A stretch of DNA of 64,000 nt from Spirochaetia bacterium. Its GTDB lineage: Bacteria > Spirochaetota > Spirochaetia > UBA9216. The notes under the pieces are model-generated. The model did no database searches. It saw only the letters and a list, made by a program, of their open reading frames with translations, and was not told the DNA's origin. Position numbers and translations under genes: made by a program. The stretch spans positions 1,984,001 to 2,048,000 of the forward strand of contig CAXXYH010000004.1 in the NCBI GenBank assembly GCA_963677925.2. The letters are read 5' to 3'. Shown piece after piece: positions 28,215 through 37,650 of this stretch. Each line of letters opens with the position of its first letter. Within the stretch, counting starts at the first letter, position 1.

Positions 28215-28508
28215 ATGGGCTTTAAAGAAGAATATGAGCTTGAAATGCTTATAAATGAGGCAGAGAATCTTGTATTCGAGGAGCTTGAGCATCAGCTGTC
28301 TGAGACATGGGCTGAAGATTTCTGTAAATGCCAGGATTGTGTTCAGGATATGGCCGCTCTTGCTCTGAATTCCGTAAAACCTTTTTACCGTGCATCTCTT
28401 CTTGGGCGGGTATACGCTGAGTCATTATCAAATACGGATTATGAAGAAGATATTATCAAAGCCGTAAAGGACGCAATTGTAAAAATTTCCAGTAATCCTT
28501 CACATTGA
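28215..28508 (+). CDS. ComFB-family protein
   Basis: INEAENLV, CKCQDCVQDMAALALNSVKPFY, VKISSNPSH. Confidence 0.85.
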   Translation: MGFKEEYELEMLINEAENLVFEELEHQLSETWAEDFCKCQDCVQDMAALALNSVKPFYRASLLGRVYAESLSNTDYEEDIIKAVKDAIVKISSNPSH

Positions 28509-28570
28509 TCGGATCAAGAACAAAGAATGTGTTAAATTAATATATATATACTTACCACGGAAGGAAATAT

Positions 28571-29470
28571 ATGAAGAAAGCCATTACTTTATTTTTAATA
28601 AGTATTTTGTCTTTAACTGCTTTGATTGCAGAAGATGTTTATGTAGATTACGTAGACGGATATCTTGAAATCAAAGACGGCAGCAGCTGGATGGAATTAT
28701 GGATAGGAGATGCAATAGGCGACAGCGATATTCTTAAGCTTGGGCAGGGCTCATATGCTGAATTGTCTTATGGTGCAGACAGAATCAAGCTATCACGGCC
28801 TGGTGTTTATGAACTAAGCTCACTGCTTGGTGCCAGAAAAAATATGAACAGCAGCGGAGTAGGCGCCCTTTTAGCCGGGAAATTTAAAACTCTGCTTATA
28901 GATGATTCAACTAAAACAGAGGCTGCAGTTGGAGGAGTCCGGGCCGCAGAAGCTGAAAGTGTATCTGTTGACTGGATGACAAGCGAGACCGCGGAAATTA
29001 TAAAAGAAGGCAGAAGTTCTCTTCAGCTTGGTGTTGTTGACAAAGCTTTGGATCTGTTTAATGAAGCTCTGGATCTCTCCGCTGATGAATATGAAGAGTC
29101 TGAAGCATATTACTATATCGGTCTGGCACATGCAATGTCGGGAAACTACGGAGCTGCTCTTGAGAATCTGGATTTCGCTGATTTTGATACCGATTCTGAA
29201 TATTACAGTGAACTGTATATCCTTAAAGGTCAGCTTCTTGTTGAGAGCTCAGCCTATAAAGAAGCAGTTAAATGGCTTAACAGTTTTAAGTTTACTAATG
29301 CAAGAGCCGCTGAAGTCGACGACAAGCAGCAGCTTTATCTTATGCTTGCTGTTGCCCAGAGCAATTCCGGCATGAAGTCGGATGCAGTAAAAACTCTTGA
29401 TAAGCTTATTTCACTCGATAGAAATTCAGAGGCAGCCAAGGCCGCAGTGGATTTTAAAAATAGTCTTTAA
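28571..29470 (+). CDS. secreted FecR-like domain + TPR protein
   Basis: Signal peptide; VDYVDGYLE..W..GD...LGQGSYAEL is FecR-like; VGGVRA at the position of FecR VxGVRGT; C-terminal TPRs (AYYYIGLAH). Confidence 0.6.
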   Translation: MKKAITLFLISILSLTALIAEDVYVDYVDGYLEIKDGSSWMELWIGDAIGDSDILKLGQGSYAELSYGADRIKLSRPGVYELSSLLGARKNMNSSGVGALLAGKFKTLLIDDSTKTEAAVGGVRAAEAESVSVDWMTSETAEIIKEGRSSLQLGVVDKALDLFNEALDLSADEYEESEAYYYIGLAHAMSGNYGAALENLDFADFDTDSEYYSELYILKGQLLVESSAYKEAVKWLNSFKFTNARAAEVDDKQQLYLMLAVAQSNSGMKSDAVKTLDKLISLDRNSEAAKAAVDFKNSL

Positions 29471-29494
29471 CAGATAACAGGATTGTTAATACAG

Positions 29495-29526
29495 AAAGCC
29501 GCTGAGTAAGATCAGCGGCTTTTTTT
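29495..29526. terminator. terminator between convergent genes
   Basis: AAAGCCGCTGA-GTAAGA-TCAGCGGCTTT followed by more T; overlaps the stop of the minus-strand gene. Confidence 0.75.
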
Positions 29527-32500
29527 CTGCATCCATGATGGAATAAATATCTTTACATAGTTAATTCCGGTAATGTCTGCAATAAGGGCGTAATCTCCGG
29601 ATACTTCAATATCAGCTGCATATACTGTATCGCAGACACTTAGTATTACCGGCGCTGCTGGGTTGCTTGTATCGTAAACGCTAAGACCTTTGTATCCCTC
29701 AGCAATGTATAATGTCTTGTTACTGACAAATATATCTTCAGCATAATTTGTTTTAATAAATCCAACCTCTTCAGGTTTCTGTTCAATTTCAATGTTGAAT
29801 ATATGAATGCCGGATTTATCACCAGCATACAGGGTATTTCCGGATATTGATACAAACTTCGGAGAATTCAGTTCTATTGTTGTATACATCCCGCTGTTCT
29901 CAAAATCAGAGATATCGTATACAAGCAATCCATCTCTCCGATCCGCAATATATGCTGTTGATGTATCGGGGTTTTTCCTGATTACTGCACAATCTCTTGC
30001 ATCAGTGGTAGAAATATGTCCGATGAGTTTTTCATCTGTGAAAAAATATACTCCTGCACTTCCGCAGGATGCGATTGCAGTTCTTTCTGAAGAAGATAAT
30101 TTCAAAATCGATGAAGTAGGGGATGTGTTTAATACTGCTGGATTATTGTTCTTGTTGAAAGACAGATTCGCTGTGTCTGTTTTTAAAATTGCTAATTCTT
30201 CAGTTCCGGAACTGAAATATATACTGTTATCTAAAATGACCGCAGGACCGCCGTAAGCAGCTATTTTCATTGATGGGTGTTCCTTCGCGGATGGAGAAGA
30301 TATATCTATTAGATATAATCCTCCTTCTTTTGCAGAGACAAGTGCACTAGTTCCGTCTATATGCAGCGAGCTGACCTTTCCTGGGAAACTATCTTTTCCG
30401 ATTGAAAAAGATACTCCCTTCAGGAAGGTCTGAATGGCTGTAAGACCATTGCTGCCGGTAACTACAAGATTGTCCCCGGCAGGTTTTAAATCCACAGCGG
30501 GTTCTGACGTATATGAATCAAATATTACAGGTTTAGCCGGGTTAGAAACATTAATAATTTTAAGACCTGAATTGCCGTCAGCTATATATGCAAAGTTATC
30601 TTTTACGCTGACGGCTGAAGGTGAATTGAGTTTAAATGCTGATAGCCTGAAAGGATTTTTTATGTCTGTAATATCGGTTATTATAAATCCATCATTCGGA
30701 GATACTGTGTACAGCCTGGTCTCAATGATATCGATGTCGCTGATGCCGCTTATAGGATATGTTTTGATGTTTTCAAGGTTTCTGCTGTCGGATCGGTCAA
30801 AAACGTTCAATATGTTTAAATCCGCTGAAAAAAGGTGATTATCGGACATATACAGAGCGTATGATCCTGAATCACTCAGACTGGCAATACGGTCTGGAAA
30901 GCGGGCGTCTGACACATCCATTATTTTTAAACCGCTAGCTCCATCAGCTACATATAGAGTGTTGCGATCGACGGCAAGATCAAGAGCATTTCCCGTAGGT
31001 TTTGTTCCGGCCAGGAAGGGGGAAACCGGATCTATTATATTAACAACAGCAATTCCATTTTCACGGCAGGCTACATAGACATAATCTCCTGAGACTATAA
31101 GACTTTCTGCAGATTTTAAATCAAGACTGCCTGTTATAGACATATTACTGATATCTGAAATATCCACGATTCTCAAACCGCTGTCACCGGCTGCAACATA
31201 AGCATAGTTCCCTGAAATACTTATACCGTTTGGCTTGAAACTGCTAAGAGTGTCGAGTGATTTTACTCTTTCCTCAGGAGCCTTAAGAATTGTTGCAGAA
31301 CTGCTTTTACTGGCTGTCTCAGGGTATCCTGAAGGACTTATTCGGTAAAAATAATCTATTCCAAAGTATACATTTCTATCGGTATATTTCAGATCATTTA
31401 CAACTTGTGAGATAAGAACATAATCACCGTTGAGAGATTCAGATCGATAGACATCAAACGAATCAGTTCCAGGAATTGAATTCCAGGACAGGGATATCTG
31501 TCTGAATTCACCGGAAGCATTCAGCTTTATAGTATTGGCATCAATAGGAAGAAGTTCGGCAATATCCGATTTCAGATTTCCATATGGGGTCTCGGCAGTG
31601 ACTTTAGCTCTGTAGAGAAGCCCGGGCTGTATACCGGAAAGTACAATTTGAGAATCTGAAGATGTTAGTTTAACGGAACCGGAGCTGTCGGGATCACTGC
31701 GATCATCAGAAAGGTAAAAAGTGTAGGAGGTTGCTTCATTAATTGAATCCCAGCTTGCAGTGATTCTGTTGCCGGAATATTTCAGTGAAAGTCCCCCGAT
31801 GCCGGTATCTCCCCTTTCAATATTGATAAGCCTGCTTGCAGTATTTCCATTAATTGATTGTGCATCAAGCTTAAGCTGATATTTTCCATTAAGGCTGTAT
31901 GCAGGAATATATCCGGCGAAAGCTCCGTTATCATTCAGCTGCAAAGTTCCTGTGATCGCCTGTTCTGAATAGTTCTCTGTTGAAGTAAGTTCATAATTCA
32001 GAAATTGAATCCCTTCGATTGCTGTTCCTCGGTAGGGGTCGATGACCGTACCGGTAATGTTTATTGCAGCACCGAATTTAGTATTATCTGAAGGTGAGGA
32101 TATGTTGATAACCGGTGGGATATTACCATCTGACAGAATAAAGATTTTTCTTCCTGTATTTCCATTAAAGTCTTCTGCGGAAATTTCAAGAGGCAGTAAT
32201 CCGTTGTATTTTCTAATTGGTATTTCAAATTCAAACCCGCCGTTCTCATCGAAAAAAACAGAACCGGTCATGCCGGTTCTGCCGGGAATGTTCCAGTTTA
32301 ATGCTTTTACTGATTCTATTCCGCTGATTGAATCCTGCGGAGCAGATAGTCTGCCTTTGACATGTATTCCGGATTTATAAAATCCGCCCTGTACAGGCTG
32401 CTGAATATCGATGAAAGGGCCTGCCTGGCTGTTGTATATTTTCAGGAAAAGTTCAGATATTTCATCTCCTGAATGGGCATTTAATTTGATAAGAGCAGTA

Positions 32501-33855
32501 TCGCCAAGACCGCTGGTTCTTACATCAAAAGTGTAGAGTCCGGATTCTACATCAGCTGTTCCTGAAAGCCCGGTTCCTACAATATTCCAGCTTATCTTTT
32601 GAACCCTTTCAGACTCACCGGAAACTGAAATACTGTCGGTAAAGGCGGTTCCGTTTCCGGGATTTGTAATATTAAACAGGAAGCTGTTTTCTGATGTATA
32701 TAGAGTCAGATAATCACTGCTGATATTATTATTAAAATCTTCTGCTGTGAACTGAAGCAGTACCGAGGGTGACTCGGAGAAGTTGCCTGTTAAATGGTTG
32801 AGCGGAAAATTAAAGAAACCTTCTTCAGTAAAGTCGATGCTGTATATTTCTGATGTGTTGAGACAGGTCAGTTTAAAATCTTTAACTTCATTAACGGATG
32901 AAGATTCCGCAGAATCCGTTATTCTTCCGCTGATTATAAGGTCTCGGCTGTATTCGGTCTGGTCCGGGGTTGTGAACTCTATGTACGGACCTCTGTTATC
33001 ATCAACCATTACAAGAATGTCTTCTGCCATGAGCTTGTCATCTGCGTATGCTGCAACCCTGCAGACTTGTGTGCCTTCAATATTTGTAAGATCAATAATA
33101 GCTTTAAAGCCATCCCGACCGGTTCTCTCAAGTTCTCCTGCTAATTCTGTTTCAGGAATATTCCAGGTTAATACCGCATCAGAAGGAATGCCTGACAGGC
33201 TTCCTGTAATATTTAATTCGGAGCGGTAGTAAAAGGGGGTTGCAGGTGTTGTTATGCGTATGTCGGCTGTTTTACCCAGTATCACCGCTTTGTCTACAGC
33301 AGGTTCTTCAGTAGGTATCAACTCAGGCCGGTTCACAGCCTCAGCGGTCTGTAAGTCAGGAGGGGGGGGAGCAGGGAGGGGCGGTTCAACCGCTTCTTCA
33401 GCTATATTTGAAACCGACAGCTCCGGCAGTTCTTCAGTTTCCTGCAACTCCGTTTCTTTTTCGAAAGGTACCGGCTCTGGCTGTTCAATTTGAGCAGGTG
33501 ACTCAGCTTCCGGTTCGATTTCAACAGGAACAGGCTTGCCGGTTTCAATTGATACCGGCGGAATTATCGGATCCTTTTCCTCGGTTACGGTGTCAGGGTT
33601 TGTAGGATTACTTTCAATATCTTTTTCAGCTGTTTCCTTTTCTGGAACAGTTAACGCAAGCGATTCGGGTTCTTCTTCCGGAGCTGCCGTATCAGTTGAG
33701 CTTTCCTGAGCCTCGGACTGTCTTTCTGCCTCAGAAGGCTGCATGCCGGTAACAGTTTTCTGTACTGCAACATCTTGGGTATTTTTAGTGCAGCCTGCAA
33801 AATTAAATATCAGGAATCCTGTCAGGAGAAGGAAGAGAAGTTTTTTTATTTCCAC
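29512..33855 (-). CDS. giant lipoprotein: Pro/Glu-rich tether, Ig-like repeats, Fn3 domains, LVIVD-repeat propellers
   Basis: Lipobox FAGC; about 170 aa of E/P/T-rich linker; GP.I.I..P....I.G.. Ig repeats; Fn3 (ISLSWNSI...YRS...YTDRNV..G..YFYRI); many ISGNYAYVA..SGLRIVDIS repeats. Confidence 0.8.
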   Translation of the reverse strand: MEIKKLLFLLLTGFLIFNFAGCTKNTQDVAVQKTVTGMQPSEAERQSEAQESSTDTAAPEEEPESLALTVPEKETAEKDIESNPTNPDTVTEEKDPIIPPVSIETGKPVPVEIEPEAESPAQIEQPEPVPFEKETELQETEELPELSVSNIAEEAVEPPLPAPPPPDLQTAEAVNRPELIPTEEPAVDKAVILGKTADIRITTPATPFYYRSELNITGSLSGIPSDAVLTWNIPETELAGELERTGRDGFKAIIDLTNIEGTQVCRVAAYADDKLMAEDILVMVDDNRGPYIEFTTPDQTEYSRDLIISGRITDSAESSSVNEVKDFKLTCLNTSEIYSIDFTEEGFFNFPLNHLTGNFSESPSVLLQFTAEDFNNNISSDYLTLYTSENSFLFNITNPGNGTAFTDSISVSGESERVQKISWNIVGTGLSGTADVESGLYTFDVRTSGLGDTALIKLNAHSGDEISELFLKIYNSQAGPFIDIQQPVQGGFYKSGIHVKGRLSAPQDSISGIESVKALNWNIPGRTGMTGSVFFDENGGFEFEIPIRKYNGLLPLEISAEDFNGNTGRKIFILSDGNIPPVINISSPSDNTKFGAAINITGTVIDPYRGTAIEGIQFLNYELTSTENYSEQAITGTLQLNDNGAFAGYIPAYSLNGKYQLKLDAQSINGNTASRLINIERGDTGIGGLSLKYSGNRITASWDSINEATSYTFYLSDDRSDPDSSGSVKLTSSDSQIVLSGIQPGLLYRAKVTAETPYGNLKSDIAELLPIDANTIKLNASGEFRQISLSWNSIPGTDSFDVYRSESLNGDYVLISQVVNDLKYTDRNVYFGIDYFYRISPSGYPETASKSSSATILKAPEERVKSLDTLSSFKPNGISISGNYAYVAAGDSGLRIVDISDISNMSITGSLDLKSAESLIVSGDYVYVACRENGIAVVNIIDPVSPFLAGTKPTGNALDLAVDRNTLYVADGASGLKIMDVSDARFPDRIASLSDSGSYALYMSDNHLFSADLNILNVFDRSDSRNLENIKTYPISGISDIDIIETRLYTVSPNDGFIITDITDIKNPFRLSAFKLNSPSAVSVKDNFAYIADGNSGLKIINVSNPAKPVIFDSYTSEPAVDLKPAGDNLVVTGSNGLTAIQTFLKGVSFSIGKDSFPGKVSSLHIDGTSALVSAKEGGLYLIDISSPSAKEHPSMKIAAYGGPAVILDNSIYFSSGTEELAILKTDTANLSFNKNNNPAVLNTSPTSSILKLSSSERTAIASCGSAGVYFFTDEKLIGHISTTDARDCAVIRKNPDTSTAYIADRRDGLLVYDISDFENSGMYTTIELNSPKFVSISGNTLYAGDKSGIHIFNIEIEQKPEEVGFIKTNYAEDIFVSNKTLYIAEGYKGLSVYDTSNPAAPVILSVCDTVYAADIEVSGDYALIADITGINYVKIFIPSWMQKKSR

Positions 33856-33890
33856 TTTTTTACCTTATGCTTCATTAAATATTATCCATA

Positions 33891-36800
33891 TCAGGGGACC
33901 GTCCAGAAAAGTGTGAATGATTCCGTTGTACTGTTACTGTGAATATCATCTGCGGTAAAATAGACTGTGTATGTACCTGAAGTTGTCAATTCAATATCAT
34001 CGGAAGCCCCGGTAGCTGTATTAACAAGCGTCAGTGTTGTTCCGGATAGTGTTCCCAAAAGATTCGGGGTTGCCGCTGTATCATAAACATTCCATTCATA
34101 ACTCGATGTATCAACACCGGAAATTGTGTCGGTTACTTCATCGGTTATGGTATAAGTATAAGTTGTAGAGCCTCCGGTTGTCGGACAGGAAGTCAGGTCT
34201 ATAACCGGGAAAGTATTATCGTAATCATAGAAAACGCTGAATGGTTCATCAGTTGAATTTCCAGCTCCGTCAGTAACAGTGAGAGTTACTCCGTAAATAC
34301 CTGCACCATCATTGAGATCAGATACTTTCAGACTGAAGGTGGAATCGGAATCATAATTTAAGTCGGCATATGCTGTAGGCCCTGTGATACTCCAGTTGTA
34401 AGTTAGTGACCCCGAGCCGTTTGCTTCATCAGAAGCAGATGAATCCAGATTATTATTTCCAGTTACGTAGTAATCATCAATTGCAGTAATTGTGGGTGCA
34501 TTCGGATCCCATTTGAAAGTATCAGAAACAATAGTCTGGTTTCCTGCGTCATCAGTTACAGTTAATTCCGCGGTATAAGTACCTGAGGTAGATAGAACAG
34601 TATCTGAAATATCAAGGTCTTCCGACTGCAGAAGGCTGGCTGCTCCTGAAAAGGTTCCGGGCCCTGAAAGACTCCAGGAGTAGGTGAGACTTGTATCAAG
34701 ACCGTCTGAGGTGGTCGCATCTACGGTAAAATCTGTATTGTACCAGCCGGTACCCAATTCAGTTATGCCTGCAGTCGGCACGCCGGTATCTATATCAAAA
34801 TCAAAACTTGAAGAACCGGAATTTCCCAGTTGATCATCAACAGTGGCTGTTGCTGTGTAGCTACCGTCTGTTGAGAAATTTGTATCATTAAGAGTTATCG
34901 TTGTTCCGGTAGTCGTATAAACTTCGGTACTGGTGCCGAATGTTACAACTGACCATGTATAAGTGCCTGTATTGACACCTGAGCCGGCGTCAGTTCCTGT
35001 TGCTGTAACGGTAATATCACTGCTTGATGCATTTATCCAGCCTGAAGGTTCTCCGGAGAATGAGATTGCCGGATTGCTTGTGTCCCAGACAAATGAGAAG
35101 TCTGAGTCTGCTGAATTCCCGGCTCCGTCTGTAACTGTCATTGTTGCTGTGTAGGTGTTGTCGGAGGCCCCTGTGATATTTACATTAAGCTCTGTGTTAT
35201 CCGCCATGGTGGAGCCAGTTGGGCTAATTGCCCATTCGACTGTATATCCGTTATCATCGCCGGCTGTAGCCGTTATTTGTGTGAATCCCGCGTCCTTTGA
35301 AGAGGCGCCGGAATAGCTGGAGCCAGCATTGTATGTGTCTACAACAGTATCCTTTTCTATTGTTGCAATCGAACTGTCAGGACCATAGTTTCCGGCAGCA
35401 TCCGAGATTTTTGCCACAAAGGTTCGGTCTCCATCTGAACCGGCTAGAGGCGTTGCAGCTGTAAAAGCAAATGGAGTGGGATTTATACTGCTGTTATAGG
35501 TTGTCTGAGCCAGTTGTGTTCCTGTATTAGAACTGGAACCAAGATATAGTCGTATTACATCACCATCGATGGCTCCGCTTGAGGAAGCATCTACTGTAAG
35601 TGTTACTGAACCTGACATATCTGAAGCATTGATGAATCCGGGATAACTTCCGGTTTTTACCGGAGCAGCAGGGGTTCCTGTAGGAGCGGAGTTATCATAG
35701 TAAAGATTCGTTGTTATTATATCTGAGCTTGAGGGGTTTCCGGCTGCATCTGTTAATTCAATCTCAATAGTAAGCTGGCTTTGATCTGTGAGATCGTCAT
35801 CCTGCATTACATAATCTGCTTCCCACCTGCTGTTAGATTCAGAGTAAACAATATCTGAGGATGGTATTTCAAAACTTCCGCCGGTTGAGCCTGAAACTGT
35901 AATAACTGGTTTACCATTAAGAACACGGTCGACAGTGAAGTAGATTTTAAGAGTATCGTATTCAGGGGATCCTGTAGCTCTGAGCCAGGTTGAAGCTCCG
36001 GATACATCATTCGATGAAGAAGGAGTTGAAGCTTGAAGTGTATAGATATCTGATGCTGTGAATGGGCTGTAAAAATACAGTCCGCTATCAGTTTCAGTTC
36101 TTGTATTTCCTGCAAGATCTGAGATTGTAATCTGATAATCAATGGAATTGCCTGCATCAGCAGAAGCCGGGACGGTGTCGAAATCAAATGTAGCTGTATA
36201 AGTTGATCCGGATGCATTAAGAGTTTTGGGATCCTGGTTGTAAATTTTTAGATTTTCAATTTGATTGAATCCTGAATTATCATCATTAACTGTGAAGACC
36301 AGCGTTGCTGTGTCATTGGGATTGAGATAATTTCCATTAGAGCCGGTGAAGCCGGTAACTGAAACAGTCGGTTCCACGCTGTCATTTATCAGTGTGACAT
36401 ATTTTGTATTTATGGTATCACCTTGATCATCTGTAATAAGCAGTGTCGCATTTAAATTAACGTTAAACGCGGTCATTGAGGTGGTATCCAGAGTGAATGT
36501 AAAACTATCATCACCATCCAGGGCAAAGTCGGTAATTGTATAATCCGATGGCGGGGTCACCCCGACTACTTTGGATGAAAATGTAAGTACAGCCGATGAG
36601 ATTTCGGTATCTACAACGTCTCCGTCATTAGGATCAAGAAGTGAACCAGTGAAGGGTATATTTATTACATTATCAGAATAATACGGGCTGACACTATCGA
36701 ATGACAGTAGCATAAGATTGGATGGGGGAGTGAGCAGCTGCTGCTCCTCAACGGTATGTCCGTACTTATCTTCCGCAATGATCTTAAAGTATGCACCGTC

Positions 36801-37631
36801 GCCTATATCGATCGACAACCCTGTACTGAACTGACGCAGCTCAGGATCAAAGTAAAAATTTTCAGCAGGATCCAGATCATTGGGAGCTGCATACACTCCC
36901 TGTGCTGCATCCCAGTTCTCCGAACCTTCTCTTAAGTCCAGTTCTCCTCTTAGGCTGGTTCCAACTACACTCCAAATGAGTGAAACTATTTCATCAGCAG
37001 AATCGGAGTCTGCTTCTAAATCCGAATTCGAAACTGTTCCTGCGATGTAAACTTCGCTATTTGATAATGAATAAATTTTTTCTGCTGTAGAATAATCTAT
37101 ATGTGATTCAGCATAAAATCCGAAGTTAATAACCGGTCCGTCATTGTCAACAAGTGAAAGTTCCGATTTTATTGAATTACCATTTTTGTCTTCTGCTGTG
37201 ATTGTGAGTGTGATTCTGTCACGTAAATAAGGATCTGTAGTAGGAAACTCAAAGGAGAACTCACCTGATCCGAGATCGTATTCGATATCAATATCCCCGA
37301 AGGTGGTATCGGCTGTAAATGTATCATCAGCATTGAAATTTATTTTCCCCCGCCTTGTTTCATCATTAGCGATGGTGAAATAAATACTTGCCAGACTTCC
37401 TGCTCCATCACCATCTTCCATGACATCGTCAAAAATGAATCCGCTGACTGTAACAGTGGAAAAGAAATAATCACCACCGGAGGGGGTTTCGACTATGATT
37501 CTTGGTTCCATGGTGTCTTCTGCAAGAGCAACCTTTATAGGGGTTATGTCCTGCGGACAGGAGGTCAAAAGCAGTACAGCAGCTGATGCTGCTGTGAATA
37601 ATATTTTTTTCAAAGTAGTTCTTTGTTTCAT
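33891..37631 (-). CDS. giant acidic Ig/PKD-repeat lipoprotein (adhesin-like)
   Basis: Lipobox LTSC; repeated Y.W...G.YT..LTVTD.AGN...F..D...P.I units; very D/T/S-rich. Start taken at MKQRTT; the ORF track begins at 37664. Confidence 0.8.
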   Translation of the reverse strand: MKQRTTLKKILFTAASAAVLLLTSCPQDITPIKVALAEDTMEPRIIVETPSGGDYFFSTVTVSGFIFDDVMEDGDGAGSLASIYFTIANDETRRGKINFNADDTFTADTTFGDIDIEYDLGSGEFSFEFPTTDPYLRDRITLTITAEDKNGNSIKSELSLVDNDGPVINFGFYAESHIDYSTAEKIYSLSNSEVYIAGTVSNSDLEADSDSADEIVSLIWSVVGTSLRGELDLREGSENWDAAQGVYAAPNDLDPAENFYFDPELRQFSTGLSIDIGDGAYFKIIAEDKYGHTVEEQQLLTPPSNLMLLSFDSVSPYYSDNVINIPFTGSLLDPNDGDVVDTEISSAVLTFSSKVVGVTPPSDYTITDFALDGDDSFTFTLDTTSMTAFNVNLNATLLITDDQGDTINTKYVTLINDSVEPTVSVTGFTGSNGNYLNPNDTATLVFTVNDDNSGFNQIENLKIYNQDPKTLNASGSTYTATFDFDTVPASADAGNSIDYQITISDLAGNTRTETDSGLYFYSPFTASDIYTLQASTPSSSNDVSGASTWLRATGSPEYDTLKIYFTVDRVLNGKPVITVSGSTGGSFEIPSSDIVYSESNSRWEADYVMQDDDLTDQSQLTIEIELTDAAGNPSSSDIITTNLYYDNSAPTGTPAAPVKTGSYPGFINASDMSGSVTLTVDASSSGAIDGDVIRLYLGSSSNTGTQLAQTTYNSSINPTPFAFTAATPLAGSDGDRTFVAKISDAAGNYGPDSSIATIEKDTVVDTYNAGSSYSGASSKDAGFTQITATAGDDNGYTVEWAISPTGSTMADNTELNVNITGASDNTYTATMTVTDGAGNSADSDFSFVWDTSNPAISFSGEPSGWINASSSDITVTATGTDAGSGVNTGTYTWSVVTFGTSTEVYTTTGTTITLNDTNFSTDGSYTATATVDDQLGNSGSSSFDFDIDTGVPTAGITELGTGWYNTDFTVDATTSDGLDTSLTYSWSLSGPGTFSGAASLLQSEDLDISDTVLSTSGTYTAELTVTDDAGNQTIVSDTFKWDPNAPTITAIDDYYVTGNNNLDSSASDEANGSGSLTYNWSITGPTAYADLNYDSDSTFSLKVSDLNDGAGIYGVTLTVTDGAGNSTDEPFSVFYDYDNTFPVIDLTSCPTTGGSTTYTYTITDEVTDTISGVDTSSYEWNVYDTAATPNLLGTLSGTTLTLVNTATGASDDIELTTSGTYTVYFTADDIHSNSTTESFTLFWTVP

Positions 37632-37650
37632 ATCAGTAACCTGTAAATTC

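Noticed and set aside
33362-33369. G8 tract in the giant lipoprotein gene
   Set aside because: Encodes a poly-Pro stretch and the frame is intact; no evidence of switching.
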